From: Tetramitus jugosus
Lineage: Eukaryota; Protista; Heterolobosea
NCBI GenBank assembly: GCA_937625935.1
Contig: OW569353.1
Location: 1 to 64,000, forward strand
Direction of reading: 5' to 3'
Length of the DNA: 64,000 nucleotides
Under the pieces are notes generated by a model that saw only the letters and a program-made list of their open reading frames with translations, searched no databases and was not told the origin of the DNA. Shown here one piece after another: positions 31,297 to 44,402 of this stretch (positions are counted from its first letter, which is position 1; each line of letters begins with the position of its first letter). The translations under genes and the position numbers were made by a program.

Positions 31297-32559
31297 TTAC
31301 TCCCTAACATTCGCAAACAATAACTTGAGTTTTTCTTCGAGGATGTCGAATGTAGAGTCACGAATGACAAGTTCCATTCTTGTGTAAAGTCCAGGTTCGA
31401 GACCAAATCCATCACCAGACCACGTATTCAAGCCAACTTTCTGGAATAATTGATAACAAGTGATTTCCTTGTTAATTACTCTCTGTGAAGTGCACCGAAC
31501 GAGCACGTAGAATTGGTTGGGTACAGAGGTTATTTGAAAGAATTGAGTATTCTGGAAGGTTGCTTGAATTCTGTTCCATCTCTCGGTCATTGTATATCTC
31601 ACATAGGAGAAGAAGGTGTCATCATTGTCATTGTTCAAATATCTCAAGAGTTGCAAAACTCGGTATTGTGTGTCCACTGATGTATGAATTTGGCTCGTAG
31701 AAATAAACTTGTTCATCAAAGTTGCTACTTGATAGTCACTCACCAATGCCCAACCGAATCTAGACCCGGCATGCCCTGTCAACTTGGACATACTGAATAA
31801 CATGATATCAAAGTTCATCTTCTTTTCGACCTTTGTCAGAGATGGCCAATAATACACCATGTCATGTACAATGTATGGAGATCTCGTATACACTGGATCT
31901 CTGAGTTCGCCTGTTGGGTTGTTCGGATAGGCAACATACTCAATAACAGAGCTTGGATCTGGGATATCCATGGACGAATTAAACACTGTTTGTGACGGAT
32001 ACATGCTAGCCCAGTCTCTATAACCGCCATAATATGGTATCTTTGCAAAAACAGAGGCAGGTCTTCCTTTGGTTTTTTCATGAAATAGAGTACTGAGTGC
32101 CCACATGCTTGCAGCAATCAAATTGGTACCTCCAGTGCCAAACACGATATACTTGTTCTCTGTGTTTGCATTGCCAATTTTGTTATGCAGTCGAACAATT
32201 TCGTTGTACAGTGTTTGGTTCAATAGTCCAGTGCTGTATCCAGTTCTGTACGATGGTTCGATATCCACTTGGAACTCTTGAATTCTTGTCAGATTGGCCC
32301 AGGATGATGCTCTGCCAAGCCAATACTGTTGAAACATCAATGGATCTCCACCAACATCAACTATAGAGCATTGATCATCAGGCAGCTTGATTTGACACCT
32401 GTCACCTACGTAGCACTGAAAACATTCACAGATAACGGCATCTTGTTGTTGCAGGTTTACGTCAGGATAGTGAACTCCATGCTCACAAGGCTGTTTCGCG
32501 TTGACAGCAAGAATGATTACCAATAGGATCAGAGTCACAACAAAAAGCAGCTTCGTCAT
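31297..32559 (-). CDS. Alliinase / tryptophan-aminotransferase-related PLP enzyme with EGF-like domain, secreted
   Basis: Signal peptide; CEHG..CECFQCYVGDRC; GGDPLMFQQYW; PNNPTG; HDMVYYWP; SKLTGHAGSRFGWA. Confidence 0.93.
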   Translation of the reverse strand: MTKLLFVVTLILLVIILAVNAKQPCEHGVHYPDVNLQQQDAVICECFQCYVGDRCQIKLPDDQCSIVDVGGDPLMFQQYWLGRASSWANLTRIQEFQVDIEPSYRTGYSTGLLNQTLYNEIVRLHNKIGNANTENKYIVFGTGGTNLIAASMWALSTLFHEKTKGRPASVFAKIPYYGGYRDWASMYPSQTVFNSSMDIPDPSSVIEYVAYPNNPTGELRDPVYTRSPYIVHDMVYYWPSLTKVEKKMNFDIMLFSMSKLTGHAGSRFGWALVSDYQVATLMNKFISTSQIHTSVDTQYRVLQLLRYLNNDNDDTFFSYVRYTMTERWNRIQATFQNTQFFQITSVPNQFYVLVRCTSQRVINKEITCYQLFQKVGLNTWSGDGFGLEPGLYTRMELVIRDSTFDILEEKLKLLFANVRE

Positions 32560-32599
32560 CTTTGTTTGTCCTGCAGGTCAGACAGAAAATGGGGCAAAA

Positions 32600-32670
32600 T
32601 GCATCTGCCGGGATTCGAACCCGGGTCGCAGCGATGGCAACGCTGCATGATACCCCTACACTACAGATGC
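32600..32670 (-). tRNA. tRNA-Gly(GCC)
   Basis: GCATCTG/CAGATGC acceptor stem, anticodon loop TTGCCAT, GGTTCGAATCC T-arm. Confidence 0.96.
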
Positions 32671-33143
32671 TCATATTTGTTGTTTTCTTTTTGATGTTTT
32701 GGGGCGTGAACGCCGACAGAATAAAAACAACTCCGCCGATACTCATGGATCTTTGAAGGAACATAAAAAAAACAGGACTCCAGAGATTCAATTGGGAGAA
32801 GATGTGGTGGATTCAAAAGGAGTGTTTGGGAGGTGTCTGATTTTTCACATGAGCGTCCGTTTAGGGTGACCTGCTGGAATGGTTCGTTGCTCAAGTCAAA
32901 AGTCGTACACTTCACACAAAGGCGGTAGTGAAGAATCTCAATAGTGTGGAGGACATGGATACGACATGTCCGAATGCAATTTCGAGCAAGAGACAGTTCT
33001 TCACTGTCTCAGTTAGAATCACTTTTTGGGAGGAAGTTTCCGGAAGTCGTAGTTATTTCCGCGCCAACCAAAAAAGATCAAAAAACAACAAATAACAATT
33101 CCACCAATAGAAATCAAAAAAAAAGCTATCACTTACATATACA

Positions 33144-34612
33144 ATGAACAATCAACAGCCAAATTATTGGTGTCATCAATGTAATTGCAGAGTCAAAGCA
33201 ATTTCTAGCTTAGAGGATGGTGAACCTATTTGTCCCATTTGTAAAGAAAGTTTTGTTGAATTGTTGGAAGAATCACAAAATAGCAACAACAATAACAACA
33301 GCAGTAGCACGAATCAAGTGATCAACATGGATGATATGCTTGATTCTGCATTGGAAGGAATCTTTCAACAACAACAAGACGCTGATCAAACAACAATTGA
33401 GGCGAATACAGCTGTGAGTGATGATGATGATGATGAAGGTGATATGGATTTAGAGACGGCCAATGCTTTCTTGGATGCAATCTTGTTGAATCGTCAACAC
33501 CAACAAACACCTAATAGCAACAACAACAGTCAACAACAACAACCCATTCCAGATTTACTAACGTATGTGCTACTACTAGCGATTTGCGGCAACAACAAAA
33601 TTTCATGTCTATAGAATCAACAACCACTGTAATCTCACACACACACACTCTTTTTTTCCCATACATACATAGCTTAATGAATCAAATGTTTGGTACTGGT
33701 GTAGGACTGGGTCTCGGTGCACGAAACAACCGCAACAACAATAATATGAATGTGAATAATAATGATGGTCAACAAGACTCCAATGTACAACAACACCAAC
33801 CACAACAACAAGCCAATGCTCAAAACAATAATCCAATGGACTTTATCAATACACTTGTGAATAATCTTGGTGTTGCTCTGGGTGGTGCAGCAAACACTAA
33901 TATGAATGCTGCTACTACAGGTGGTACAGCCAATCCAACCAATGTATTTTCATTCAATCTCAATGATGTGTTCAATCAGATCAATACGGGAGGTGCACAA
34001 CTCGGTGATTATTTCCTAGGTGACAATCTACAACAATTGATTAATCACTTGTTTGATCATTCGGGAAGCTCAGGACCTCCACCTGCGAGTAAGAGAGCCA
34101 TGGACAGTTTGCCCATTCAAAAAGCAACAAGTGAATTTCATGACAAGGAATGCACCATTTGTCAGGATCATTATCAGGATGATGAAGAGATTGTCACGTT
34201 GCCATGCAGTCACGTATTCCACAAGGATTGTTTGTGGCCATGGTTGAATAGGCATGGTACTTGTCCTACGTGTCGATTCAAATTGGAGACAACTGAAGAA
34301 GCACCCAATCCAGATGCCATCGATCCAAATCAACAACCGACGGACAATAATAACACCAACATCAACAATAATATGAATGCGAATTTAGGTGCGGGGCCAA
34401 TGAATCCATTTGCCAATTTGTTCAATTTTGCAGGAATGCCACCACCGAACAACACTAACGGAGGGCCACAGGTTTTCCAATTTTCTTTCCCATTCGGCAA
34501 TCCTAATCCCAATGTGAATAATGATAATAATCGTGACAATAATAATAATACCAACAACAACAATAATAACAATAATAACGGAAGTGGAGGCAATATGAGT
34601 TATTTCCTGTAA
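33144..34612 (+). CDS. RNF126/RNF115-like RING-H2 E3 ligase; intron 33562-33672
   Basis: N-terminal Zn ribbon YWCHQC..CPICKESFVE; PPPAS; CTIC..LPCSHVFHKDCLWPWL..CPTCR. Confidence 0.92.
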
Positions 34613-34633
34613 AAATGTACATTGTTTACCATG

Positions 34634-37148
34634 TTACTTTTTTGATCTATTTCTGGGTGCAATACTTCCCAATTGTCTGGTGTTCGATGGAGATCGAGCG
34701 CTGTTGGTGGACGAAGATGATGTAGGCCGTTTTCCATTTCTCGAAGGCGGGGGCTCAGGTGTACCAGTTGCTGCCTCCAGTTCTTTCATCTTCCGTTTAA
34801 GCAGTTGTGTATCACTTTTGTCGGCTTTGATCTTCTCCTTCAATACACTCAGTTTCTGTTGTTCGCTATTCAATTGCTGAAGTAGTGGTTGATTTTCTTC
34901 TCTCATGTTTTGTGTTTGTCGAACCACTTCATCCTTCTTGATGGCAGCTTGTTTCTTTAGCTTCGATATTCGATCTCGTTCCACTTCTATCCTCGATTCG
35001 AGCTTTCTCTGTTGTTTTATCTTCTCTTGCAAATCACCACTGATTCTATCCAGTCGATGATCTGACTCTGTTTCGAATCTTTGTCTCTCGTTCTTCTTGT
35101 TCTCCAAATTTTGCTTCAATTGCTCTGTTTCCGCATCAATCTTCTGTTTCAATCGTTCCAAGTTTTCTTGAGCCTCTTGATAAGCTCTTTCGGCTCGTTG
35201 TGTGAGTTCTATCTCTTTTTCTATTTCTTCATTCACTTCCATCAGTAACCACTCATTCTTCCTCAGATCTCTAATCTGATTTTGTAATCGATTTGTTAAT
35301 CCTCCTTTGAAAGATTTTGTGTTCCGTTTCAAACCTTCAGTTATGCCCACGAAACTCTTGTAATTAAAATTATTGAATGCAAAGTCCAAGTTCATTAGGG
35401 TGGAGTTATGTCTCAGAGCTTCAGCAAAGTGCTCACCTGCAGTTCTCATATCATTCTCCTTTATGATCAGAGTTTGTAAGGTAGAGTTGTGCATTAGTAC
35501 ATTTGCAAGATTTGTCCCTCCTTTATCACCTACTCGGTTGTGAGACAAGTCGAGGAGAGTAAGGGTCTTGTTCTGCCGTAAAGAACTGGAGAACGATTTT
35601 GCACCTCCATCCTCTACATAGTTATGACTCATGTCCAACCGTTTTAAGTTCGTATTACCTCCGATTGCTTTGCCAATCAATCTTGCTCCTTGATCTTGAA
35701 TAACATTTCGCGAGCATATTAGAGTTTGTAAACTTGTGTTAATCTCTATCATTACAGCAATAAGTTCAGCACCATCATTACCAAAGTCATTGCAATCCCA
35801 TTTCAGAAAGTTCATAGTTTTGTTGATCTTTAGCATATCACAAATGTCTTTCAGACCTTCTGGAGATATTCTATTTTCTGCGATGTCCCAGTACTCTAGA
35901 ACATTATTCGAATTATCAATCATAGCTTTCGATAGAATGGATGCCCCTCGATCTGATATCTGATTTCTCTCCATTTCCAATCTGGTAAGCCTGCTATCAA
36001 CAAGAACCTTAGCAATGTACTCACAACCTAGAGGACCTACATTATTCGAACTGATATTTAATTCTGTGATGACGTGATTGCCTCTCAATCCTTCACATAA
36101 TAATTTGATTCCCTCTGATCCCATTCCATTGCTTGCCAAGTTCAGTTGACAGAGAATTCGATTTACAGACAACATCTCTTTCAACGATTGACTACCTTTT
36201 AGTCCAATGTGATTCCGATTTATGCCAGATAATCCACTCAAATCCAAACTGGTCAGTGTTTCATTCTTTTTGAGTTTTTCAAAAAGAGCAACACCACCCT
36301 TGCCTCCGATATCATTACTCCTCAAATCTAACCTAGTAATCGTATCATTCGTTTCTAAGAGTTGAGCTAGAGCCATTGTTCCTTCATCTCTGAACCTGTT
36401 TCCACAAAGTTCAAGAACTGAATAGGACTTGTTTGTGGCTAATACTTGGCTGATGGCAACTCCAGAATGCGTTCCGAGCCCATGTTCTTTCATTGAAAAT
36501 AATAATCCGATACAACTCTTGTGTATTAACTCAACAAATCGTTCTTCTCGTTTTGGTATGACAGAGAGCTTTTGATCCTGTTGTGATATGAAACGTGAGT
36601 TTTATGCTTTGTTAAAATACGACATACAAACAAGAAACTGTTCAATCAATACACACTTGGCACTTTGCATGGTACAACTTTCTAATATCTTGCATTGACA
36701 TACTCACTCTCGTATCATCTCCCATATCAAACAATTTTTCGCTTCGAGTAAAGACTTGAGCGTCACTATAGTCAAGTATGGTGTCATCATCCATCGCGCA
36801 ATTGTCGTCATCATACAAAACCATCTCCTCTCCATTATCTTCATCATCATCATCATACAACATATCATCATAATCTTGATCGCCATTCGTACGGGCATTC
36901 GCCGATCCGGGAAGCGCTCTCGATTCACTCACAGAAGTTCGAAGTGAGCTAGAATTGGAAAGCTGTTGAATTCGAGAGATGGATTTCGATCGATGAGTAG
37001 GGGATTCAGGAAGAGGACTCGATTTACTTACAAACATCATCGAGTTGCTGTTGTTGGCTCTGCTGTTCTTTGGTGATAGTTCATGTTCACGTGGATCAAC
37101 TCTCATCATGCTATGATGACTCTGAGAAGAGGATGTGAATGATTTCAT
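34634..37148 (-). CDS. RNI-like LRR protein with C-terminal coiled coil; intron 36578-36656
   Basis: 28-aa LRRs (LDLRSNDIGGKGG...); the GT..AG intron joins both ORFs in phase 0. Confidence 0.88.
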
Positions 37149-37258
37149 AATGGTTCACAAATAATAACACCTTTACTTCTTCCTCCTGGTAGTTCTTCTT
37201 CTCTCCGAAAGCAAACTCGAGGGTAATTGATTTCTGTAGCGGCGGTTAGCGCTGATGT

Positions 37259-40129
37259 TTATTCCGACTTTTTACGATTTTTGGTGTGTTCTGTCACAGA
37301 GTTCACCCATCGTTGAACCGTACCGGTATACATTTGCGATATTCCAAATAGAATAGATAAGAGTACAATCATAATGTTACCAATGGCGAATCTGCTGATA
37401 CTGTTACCAATCTCTAACCAGCTGCCTGTATCTTGAACCAGGATGAAGAAATTGATCGTCATAATATCAAACAATGCAACAACAATGCAAAATACAGCCA
37501 CTTGTGGTGTCCTAGTTACCCTGAGTACGGCGCTAAACGACACAGTACTGATAAGCAGAGGTGTCATTAGCTTTAGGATCAATATTGCTGTCATGAGGAA
37601 TGGACTGAACACTGTGATGAATCGATAGACTGACTTCAATTCAAAACTAGCGATTGTGGCGAGATTTCCTGTGCCAAAGAAGCTCACATTGATGAAAAAT
37701 ATAAAGAGGAGGGCTGTAGAATAATCCACTGCATTGATTGCTCGTAGCTGGACTAATGACCGAGAAGATGAATTACCGCTAGCCTTATTTGACTCTCGAG
37801 CGTTCACTTCTCTTCTCGCCCAGAGTACCATGAGTACATCCAGTGCTGCATAGAATAGTACTTCATAATTGACACTCAGTAATATAAACGGACATGCGAA
37901 GGCCATAATTACACTTTGCATCCTCATTTTGAAAAAGTTAGGACTGAAGAGTGGTGCAAATAATGAAATGACGCTGATGGACCAAGATATGATCTGATTT
38001 CTTCTTGGTAGACCCTCTCTAGCAGATAGAGATTGCTCGGTGTCATATACAGTATAGATTGCTAGAAAAACAAGTAGCAACTGCAGACAGAAGAGGTAGC
38101 GACCCTTTGTAGTCTTTTGCGGTGAATGAACATAAATCCGTCGCCAAATAACTTGCAACATTATGAATAATAATCCTCCTGAGATAACGAGAAAAGTGTC
38201 TGATCCATAATCAGCGGGGAGCAATGTGAACAAACTGGAGCATATGCAAATCAAGATCCAACCAAATCTTGGATGGAAGGACATTCCAAGCAACGTAGGT
38301 GCAATTCCTAAAACAATAAAACAGCTCGAAAATACTCCTCGTTTAAAATAACCTAGCATCATGACCTCCAACGCCACCAAATACATGACACACGATATTA
38401 TGACAGTTGTCATGTCTTTTGACTGACTTCGGATGTAGAATGATATGAATCCAACGTTGCGACACAAACTATTCACAAACAGAATTGGGAATACGAGATA
38501 GCAGTGGTAGAGCAGTGGACTACTCTGCATATATAAAAACATATGGAGTGACGCACCAAGCACGACTGTTGAAATATGAACAAAGATATTCCATACTTGA
38601 CTGGTGTGCTTCTTCTCGTTGTATGAAAACTCGCCATAATGCTTCATTGTTTGAACAAGCAAAAATCCAATCCACGAAAGATAACCGACAGTGATAATTG
38701 ACATGAGTACAGGCCAATCATATGTCTGGTAATAGGAAAGGCCGTTTGTGCTATAAGTAATGAGTTCATGGCACTTCTTCTGGACTCTGTCATATTGTTT
38801 GGTTTGAATCATCGCACTTATGTCATCGACCATACCTTTCTCTCTGTGCGAAGAGTCATACTCTCGGAAGAAGAAGTGAGTTTTATACTTCTTGTCTTCT
38901 TCTTTCACTTTTAGTTGCTCCAATATTTGAAGTGCGTTAGCGAATAAATGCTGTGTTTTCAATTCATCAGATACACTCAGATAGGAGAGCGGCAAAGTTC
39001 CAACATTGTTCACAGGATATGGAAGCCCCAGTAGAGCGGTTAATAAAGGAGCAACATCAGCCTGTCTTATATCCTTCCGATTGTTTGGATCAAGATTCCA
39101 TTGTTTCCTGGTTAAATTATTCTCATGTTCAGAAGACAACCGAACATCATCAATCACGTTGAATGATCCGGCTGAGCCCTGTTCGATACCCTTGCCCCAT
39201 GCGACAAAAGGTGTTCGTGTACATTCAGGATTTCCATCTCCATGAGCGCCCTTGGATGACATTCCATGATCAGCTGTGAAGATGAATGCAGTGTCATTGT
39301 CTCCAAAAAATTGATGGATCGCTCGAGTGACATTCCGTACGCCCTGATCCACATAAATAACATTATCCAGGTAGCCTTTGGTTCCAGGACGATAAGCGTG
39401 ACCACTCGTATCTACACCCAGCAAGTGCAAAAATATTACGACTCCATTATCATGTTGCTTCAGTCGTTGCTTGATTGTGTCATTATTCGCAAACACATTG
39501 TCCAATTGATCAAACACCCACTTGTCTAACACAGTGGGATCAGCAGATGCAAAATCCTCCATCTCTGGTTCATAGTACAAACTATCCATATTGTCTCCCT
39601 TGAATATTTTGACAACGTCGGGTGATCCGATTTGCAGCACATAATTGGACTGATTGAAAACACTGTCAAAATGCACTGGATTTTCCTTCCAGCCAGTTGT
39701 CACAGCACTCACATCTTCATAAAATCCAGCAAACATGGCCACGTGACACGGTCTTGACTCTGTGGGCACTCTTGTGTGCGAGACGCCCCAACTGGCTTCT
39801 TTGCTACGAATAAGACTGTGCAAGAAAGAATCGGAAAAGTTCTTGTGCAATTCAAACAATGAATCAGCTCTCAATCCATCAGACACAATAAAAACGACAC
39901 GTTTTGCGGCGTGTGACGACTCATTGCGTATGAGATTGTCGTGAACAGTTGAACTGTTGCTATTGTTGGATGGAGGAGATTGTGCACGATACTGTCTCAT
40001 TCCATGCACCAATGGCGATTGAAAGTACACATGAATAATACTGTACAGATAGATTGCATGAAACAAGATGCCTAATAGAACGATTGTCCACAGAGAAAGA
40101 CCAGCTTTGGGTTGTGGTGCTTGTCTCAT
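37259..40129 (-). CDS. PIGN: GPI ethanolamine phosphate transferase 1
   Basis: DGLRAD, SHTRVPTESRPCHVAMFAGFYED, FLHLLG.D..GH, TADHGM, GSWLEIGNSISRF. Confidence 0.97.
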   Translation of the reverse strand: MRQAPQPKAGLSLWTIVLLGILFHAIYLYSIIHVYFQSPLVHGMRQYRAQSPPSNNSNSSTVHDNLIRNESSHAAKRVVFIVSDGLRADSLFELHKNFSDSFLHSLIRSKEASWGVSHTRVPTESRPCHVAMFAGFYEDVSAVTTGWKENPVHFDSVFNQSNYVLQIGSPDVVKIFKGDNMDSLYYEPEMEDFASADPTVLDKWVFDQLDNVFANNDTIKQRLKQHDNGVVIFLHLLGVDTSGHAYRPGTKGYLDNVIYVDQGVRNVTRAIHQFFGDNDTAFIFTADHGMSSKGAHGDGNPECTRTPFVAWGKGIEQGSAGSFNVIDDVRLSSEHENNLTRKQWNLDPNNRKDIRQADVAPLLTALLGLPYPVNNVGTLPLSYLSVSDELKTQHLFANALQILEQLKVKEEDKKYKTHFFFREYDSSHREKGMVDDISAMIQTKQYDRVQKKCHELITYSTNGLSYYQTYDWPVLMSIITVGYLSWIGFLLVQTMKHYGEFSYNEKKHTSQVWNIFVHISTVVLGASLHMFLYMQSSPLLYHCYLVFPILFVNSLCRNVGFISFYIRSQSKDMTTVIISCVMYLVALEVMMLGYFKRGVFSSCFIVLGIAPTLLGMSFHPRFGWILICICSSLFTLLPADYGSDTFLVISGGLLFIMLQVIWRRIYVHSPQKTTKGRYLFCLQLLLVFLAIYTVYDTEQSLSAREGLPRRNQIISWSISVISLFAPLFSPNFFKMRMQSVIMAFACPFILLSVNYEVLFYAALDVLMVLWARREVNARESNKASGNSSSRSLVQLRAINAVDYSTALLFIFFINVSFFGTGNLATIASFELKSVYRFITVFSPFLMTAILILKLMTPLLISTVSFSAVLRVTRTPQVAVFCIVVALFDIMTINFFILVQDTGSWLEIGNSISRFAIGNIMIVLLSILFGISQMYTGTVQRWVNSVTEHTKNRKKSE

Positions 40130-40456
40130 GATGTGATGATTGTTTGGAAATATTTCTGACCAAGGAATTAATTCAATTGAACAATAGGTTCTATCTCTTT
40201 GGGATCGGTGATTGTTTTTTGTTGTTGTTGTTGTTGGCGAATGTTTCAAAGAACAAAATGGAATTATGTGTGATCACGCGGTCCATTCAAAAGAGACGCT
40301 AAAAATACCTGAGAAAAAAAAAGTGATTGTTCCATCTGTTTCGTGAACCAAAGGGGACAAAATCAATTTTATTGCCCGGCTGTCTGTGGTTTGCCCAACA
40401 CAAAATTCAAGATAGACAAAAAGACTAACACCCTACCCACGCAGTTTAGCTTATTG

Positions 40457-43400
40457 ATGATGAGCAATCACCACCACCACCACCAGCCACCTTCACCCTC
40501 ATCATCAGCTTCCTCCTCATCCTCATCACCACGCAACTACTACCGACCCACCACTGCATCCTCTCCTTCATCATCGTCAATCGATATCACCACTGTTAAA
40601 ACTCCGTTCACTGTCCCTTCCAATGTCAATATTCAAATTTTGAGTTTTGGTCGATTGCACAAGGGAACAAATCATGCAAAATACAAGAGACGGAGGAACA
40701 ATGAGTACTTGCATCCATTGCCCATTGGTTATCATGCCACTATTAAGATTCATGATCACACGTTTGATATGAAGATTAAAGAAGGTGAGAATGGACCAGT
40801 GTATCAAGTGAGAGACATGAAGACAAAGCGTGTTTTTAGAGGGCAGAGTGCTACGGAGCCATGGACTGAAATTTATGAGTCAATGAGTTTTGTTGCTGCG
40901 CCCGTTGGACCAGGTGTATGTTGTCATTGGATAATACTAATTATTTTCAACAATTGATTGTTGTTGTTGTTGTTTTTATTGCTCTTGTTGTATATATAGT
41001 TGGACATTTTTTGCTGATGTATCGTATTCATTCTTCATTCATTTTGTTCAATACCCTTTGTTGTGCATGTGCTTTTTATAAAATGCAGTTGTTTGGTTTT
41101 AGTGATGAACAAGTACAAAACATTTTGAGGAGCATGGAGAAGGAGGCCAATGAGACGAATATTGTGTTTTATAAGAGTGAGGATGCCGCATCGCCGAGAA
41201 GAAACTCTGTAATTGTTACAAATGTCGATCGAAAACAAACGATGACAAAACAGATACAATACAGACCTTCGTCGACAGAAAGCAATCATGATCAAACAGC
41301 CACAAACAATGAGTATCATGAAAATGATAAAATGACAAAACATAATCTTCATTTTCATGGAATGACTCCCGAACAATGGCTAGAATTATTGGGACGTTAC
41401 AAATTAAAAATCAACAGTGAGATTGAAGCACTGGGAATGAGAGTTAATCGATTACGGACAAAAAATAACAAACGATCACGACCTGTGGATGACTTGACGA
41501 GACAAAACGAAAAACGACAAAAGGTGGACAATCATAGTACACTACCACGCGAATCACAAGAATACGACATGATGTTGGACACTACTTTGTTAAACTTGGT
41601 ATCGAATAGCAGTCGTTCTTCTCGTGCAGACTCACATTACTATAACAACAATATCGCCCAAGTGGTGGTAAACAACTCTGTTGTAGACAAGCAGATAAAT
41701 GCAGCAGAAGAAGATGATCCGGAACCTGTCACGACATGTGTTCCTGAAAGCCAATTTGTTGAATCTGAAGTGGAAACAAAGCAAAAGTTCGATAGTATTA
41801 GACATAGGTTAACTTTAGAGAGTGAGCCTTACGTTGAGATCACAGATGGCGCAGCAATAGAAAGCCACAGTTTTACCGAAACTCTGGTCGTTGACTATAC
41901 GAATGAAACAAATATACTTCAATCATCACCAAAGGGGACGCAAAACAATGAAAATGAACGAGTCGATCATGTGGTTGCTACTGTGGAGACCCAACTTAGT
42001 ATAGATGATACATTATCGATTATTAATCATATTACCGAAGAAAAAGATACCCGAGCTAATCAATCTATAATTAACACCACCATTAACTTATCTCCTGAAT
42101 TAATACAGGACAATGTTCAAAAATCCATGAACAAGTCAAGTAGTACTCTCTTTTCGTCAGGCAATGTCTCGCTCTTATTAGATGATGATCATACAATAGA
42201 TTTAGAAACTCTATGCTCTCCAGTCCCCGGAAGACCAGCCAACAACTTATTTGATGAAAAACAAGATGATTTATTCCAAACAGTGGAAATTCATCTGGAT
42301 CCAGTCAGTAGCAAAGGGGTGACACAAGATGACGATGATGATGATAGGGTTATCGATGACGAGACAGTGACTGATATTCGGGCGGTAGTTCAAGCTTTAC
42401 CGAGAGGAGAGTCTGAACCCAAGCAAAAAGTAATCATCGGAAGTTGCGATCTGTTAGCCGTCTTATCTGGTACTCAGGTGCCAACATCTCCAAAAGGTGT
42501 TGACCTTTCAACGAGCAGTGATGAAGATGATCATAATGTTGAGGATGATCCCGGTTCCCCAATCATAGGATCGTTATCACCTGACACGGATGAGGACGAT
42601 CCAACACAAGTTGATACTGTTGATCAACAAGAGAATGATAGAGTTGATAACGCAACCAATAATGTCAATAACTCAACATTGGGTACATCTACACCTGTCC
42701 CCAGCTATGTGAAGCCCAAAATGTCGCAACACTCGTTACCGCGCCACGCAATCACCAAAATCAATACCCAAAACCCTCTTTTGGTACATTCCAAGTTCTC
42801 ACTTCATCAACCAGTGCAATCGATACGTTTCAGTCCGAATCCTGCACTAGCCACATTTGCGGCATGTACATCCAAGTTTGCAGCAGTCTGGGACCTGAAC
42901 AAGGAGACATGGGAGATGATTGAAGAGTTTGAATTTAAGCAAGAAGGAGAATGCATTTCAAACATTCAGTACACGCCAGATGGAGAGAAATTGATTGTCG
43001 CCGGAATATTTGCTGACTCTGTTCAAGTGTCACAGGATTTCACTTTGAGCACACCACCTACTCAATACAACTATACGAGTCAAATTCGAGTCTATGAACT
43101 CACAGGAGAATCCATGGTTCGTCATGCAATGAGGCAAAAAATTGATCCAATATTAACGCTCAAAGGTCATCAGGGGAAAATACTAGATATGATCGCAAGT
43201 TCCAATTCTTGCTGTTTGATCAGCACGGATGAAACTGGAATAGTTTTAAAACATACATTCGACGAGGAATGGACTCAAAGAGAAGAAGTAATAGAGCTGA
43301 GTCAAACATCCATTAACAGAGCAGATGCTACAACGAAACAAGCTGTGGTTTCACTTTCATTTGTTCCAGGTGGAGGGAAGTTTCAACGATTGTTGGTCGG

Positions 43401-43929
43401 TTTCACTCGCTCCTCTGCCATTCTGTGGGACTACATGTCCTGCCGATGCATTCAGAATATTACAATTCCAATCATCTCAATATTCAAGGGATATGTGGTA
43501 GGGGTTCAGTTGGAAGAGCCCAATTCAGGCATCATTCCAGTTCTTGTCTTCCGCCAGAATACTCTGAATCAAGATGACCAAGGAGTGAAACGCACAGGAA
43601 TGTTCTTTGTGGGTCATTCATTCTCCTCCATTCGTCAATATCAAAGATCAGAAACGCCACAATCTCAATCTACTCACCCTTCCACACAACCATGTAGAGA
43701 CAACATTCTAGCACTCACTGTCCATCCAAACACGGCATCGAGGTACTTGGTGTCAGGAACCGATAGAGGCAGAATTCTCATATTCAACTATAGGACATCA
43801 CAGTGTGTGGGAATTATGATGGACATGCATGAAGAACCTATCTCAGCACTTGACTTTCATGAACACTTGCCTCTATTGGCGGTTGGAGGACAGAATGGAA
43901 CCCTTTTGGTGTATTATCAGAGTGTATGA
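40457..43929 (+). CDS. FYR (FYRN/FYRC) domain protein with C-terminal WD40 propeller; intron 40916-41088
   Basis: ILSFGRL..PIGY..GPVYQV..FRGQSATEPW..GPG|LFGF; WD repeats LKGHQGKI, LVSGTDRGRI, LLAVGGQNG. Confidence 0.75.
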
Positions 43930-44402
43930 CAAGTTAGTAAAAAATTCGTGCCGTTCACAATCCCACAACGCGTTCAGAGAATTCTACAGCCATGTTGAAA
44001 ACTGATTGAAGTGCTTTGCAAAATTTGAAACATCCCATTTGACACAAAGATCTTCATCCAATCTTTCACTTTATCCCGCTGATTTCTGGAACATATTAAG
44101 TCTCCATCAGCATCATACTCAACCGACTGTTGGTATGTAGCTTATAATGGACAACACATTTAGAGTAATAGGATCCATGGACAAATGTTCATAATATTTC
44201 TCAATGACGTCTTTTGAATCAACAGGAGGCCTCACATATGGGTCCAAACTCCGACTAAATAATTATGGCAAGGAGGCGACCGCACTGTCCGGTGCTTTCG
44301 GTTTCAGGCAAAAGTCCTCCTTGAGAAATTCCGGACATTGGAGTTCTATCAGGGATAGATTGCTTGGTGAAACAAACAAGCAGAAAGAAGTATTCATCTC
44401 CC

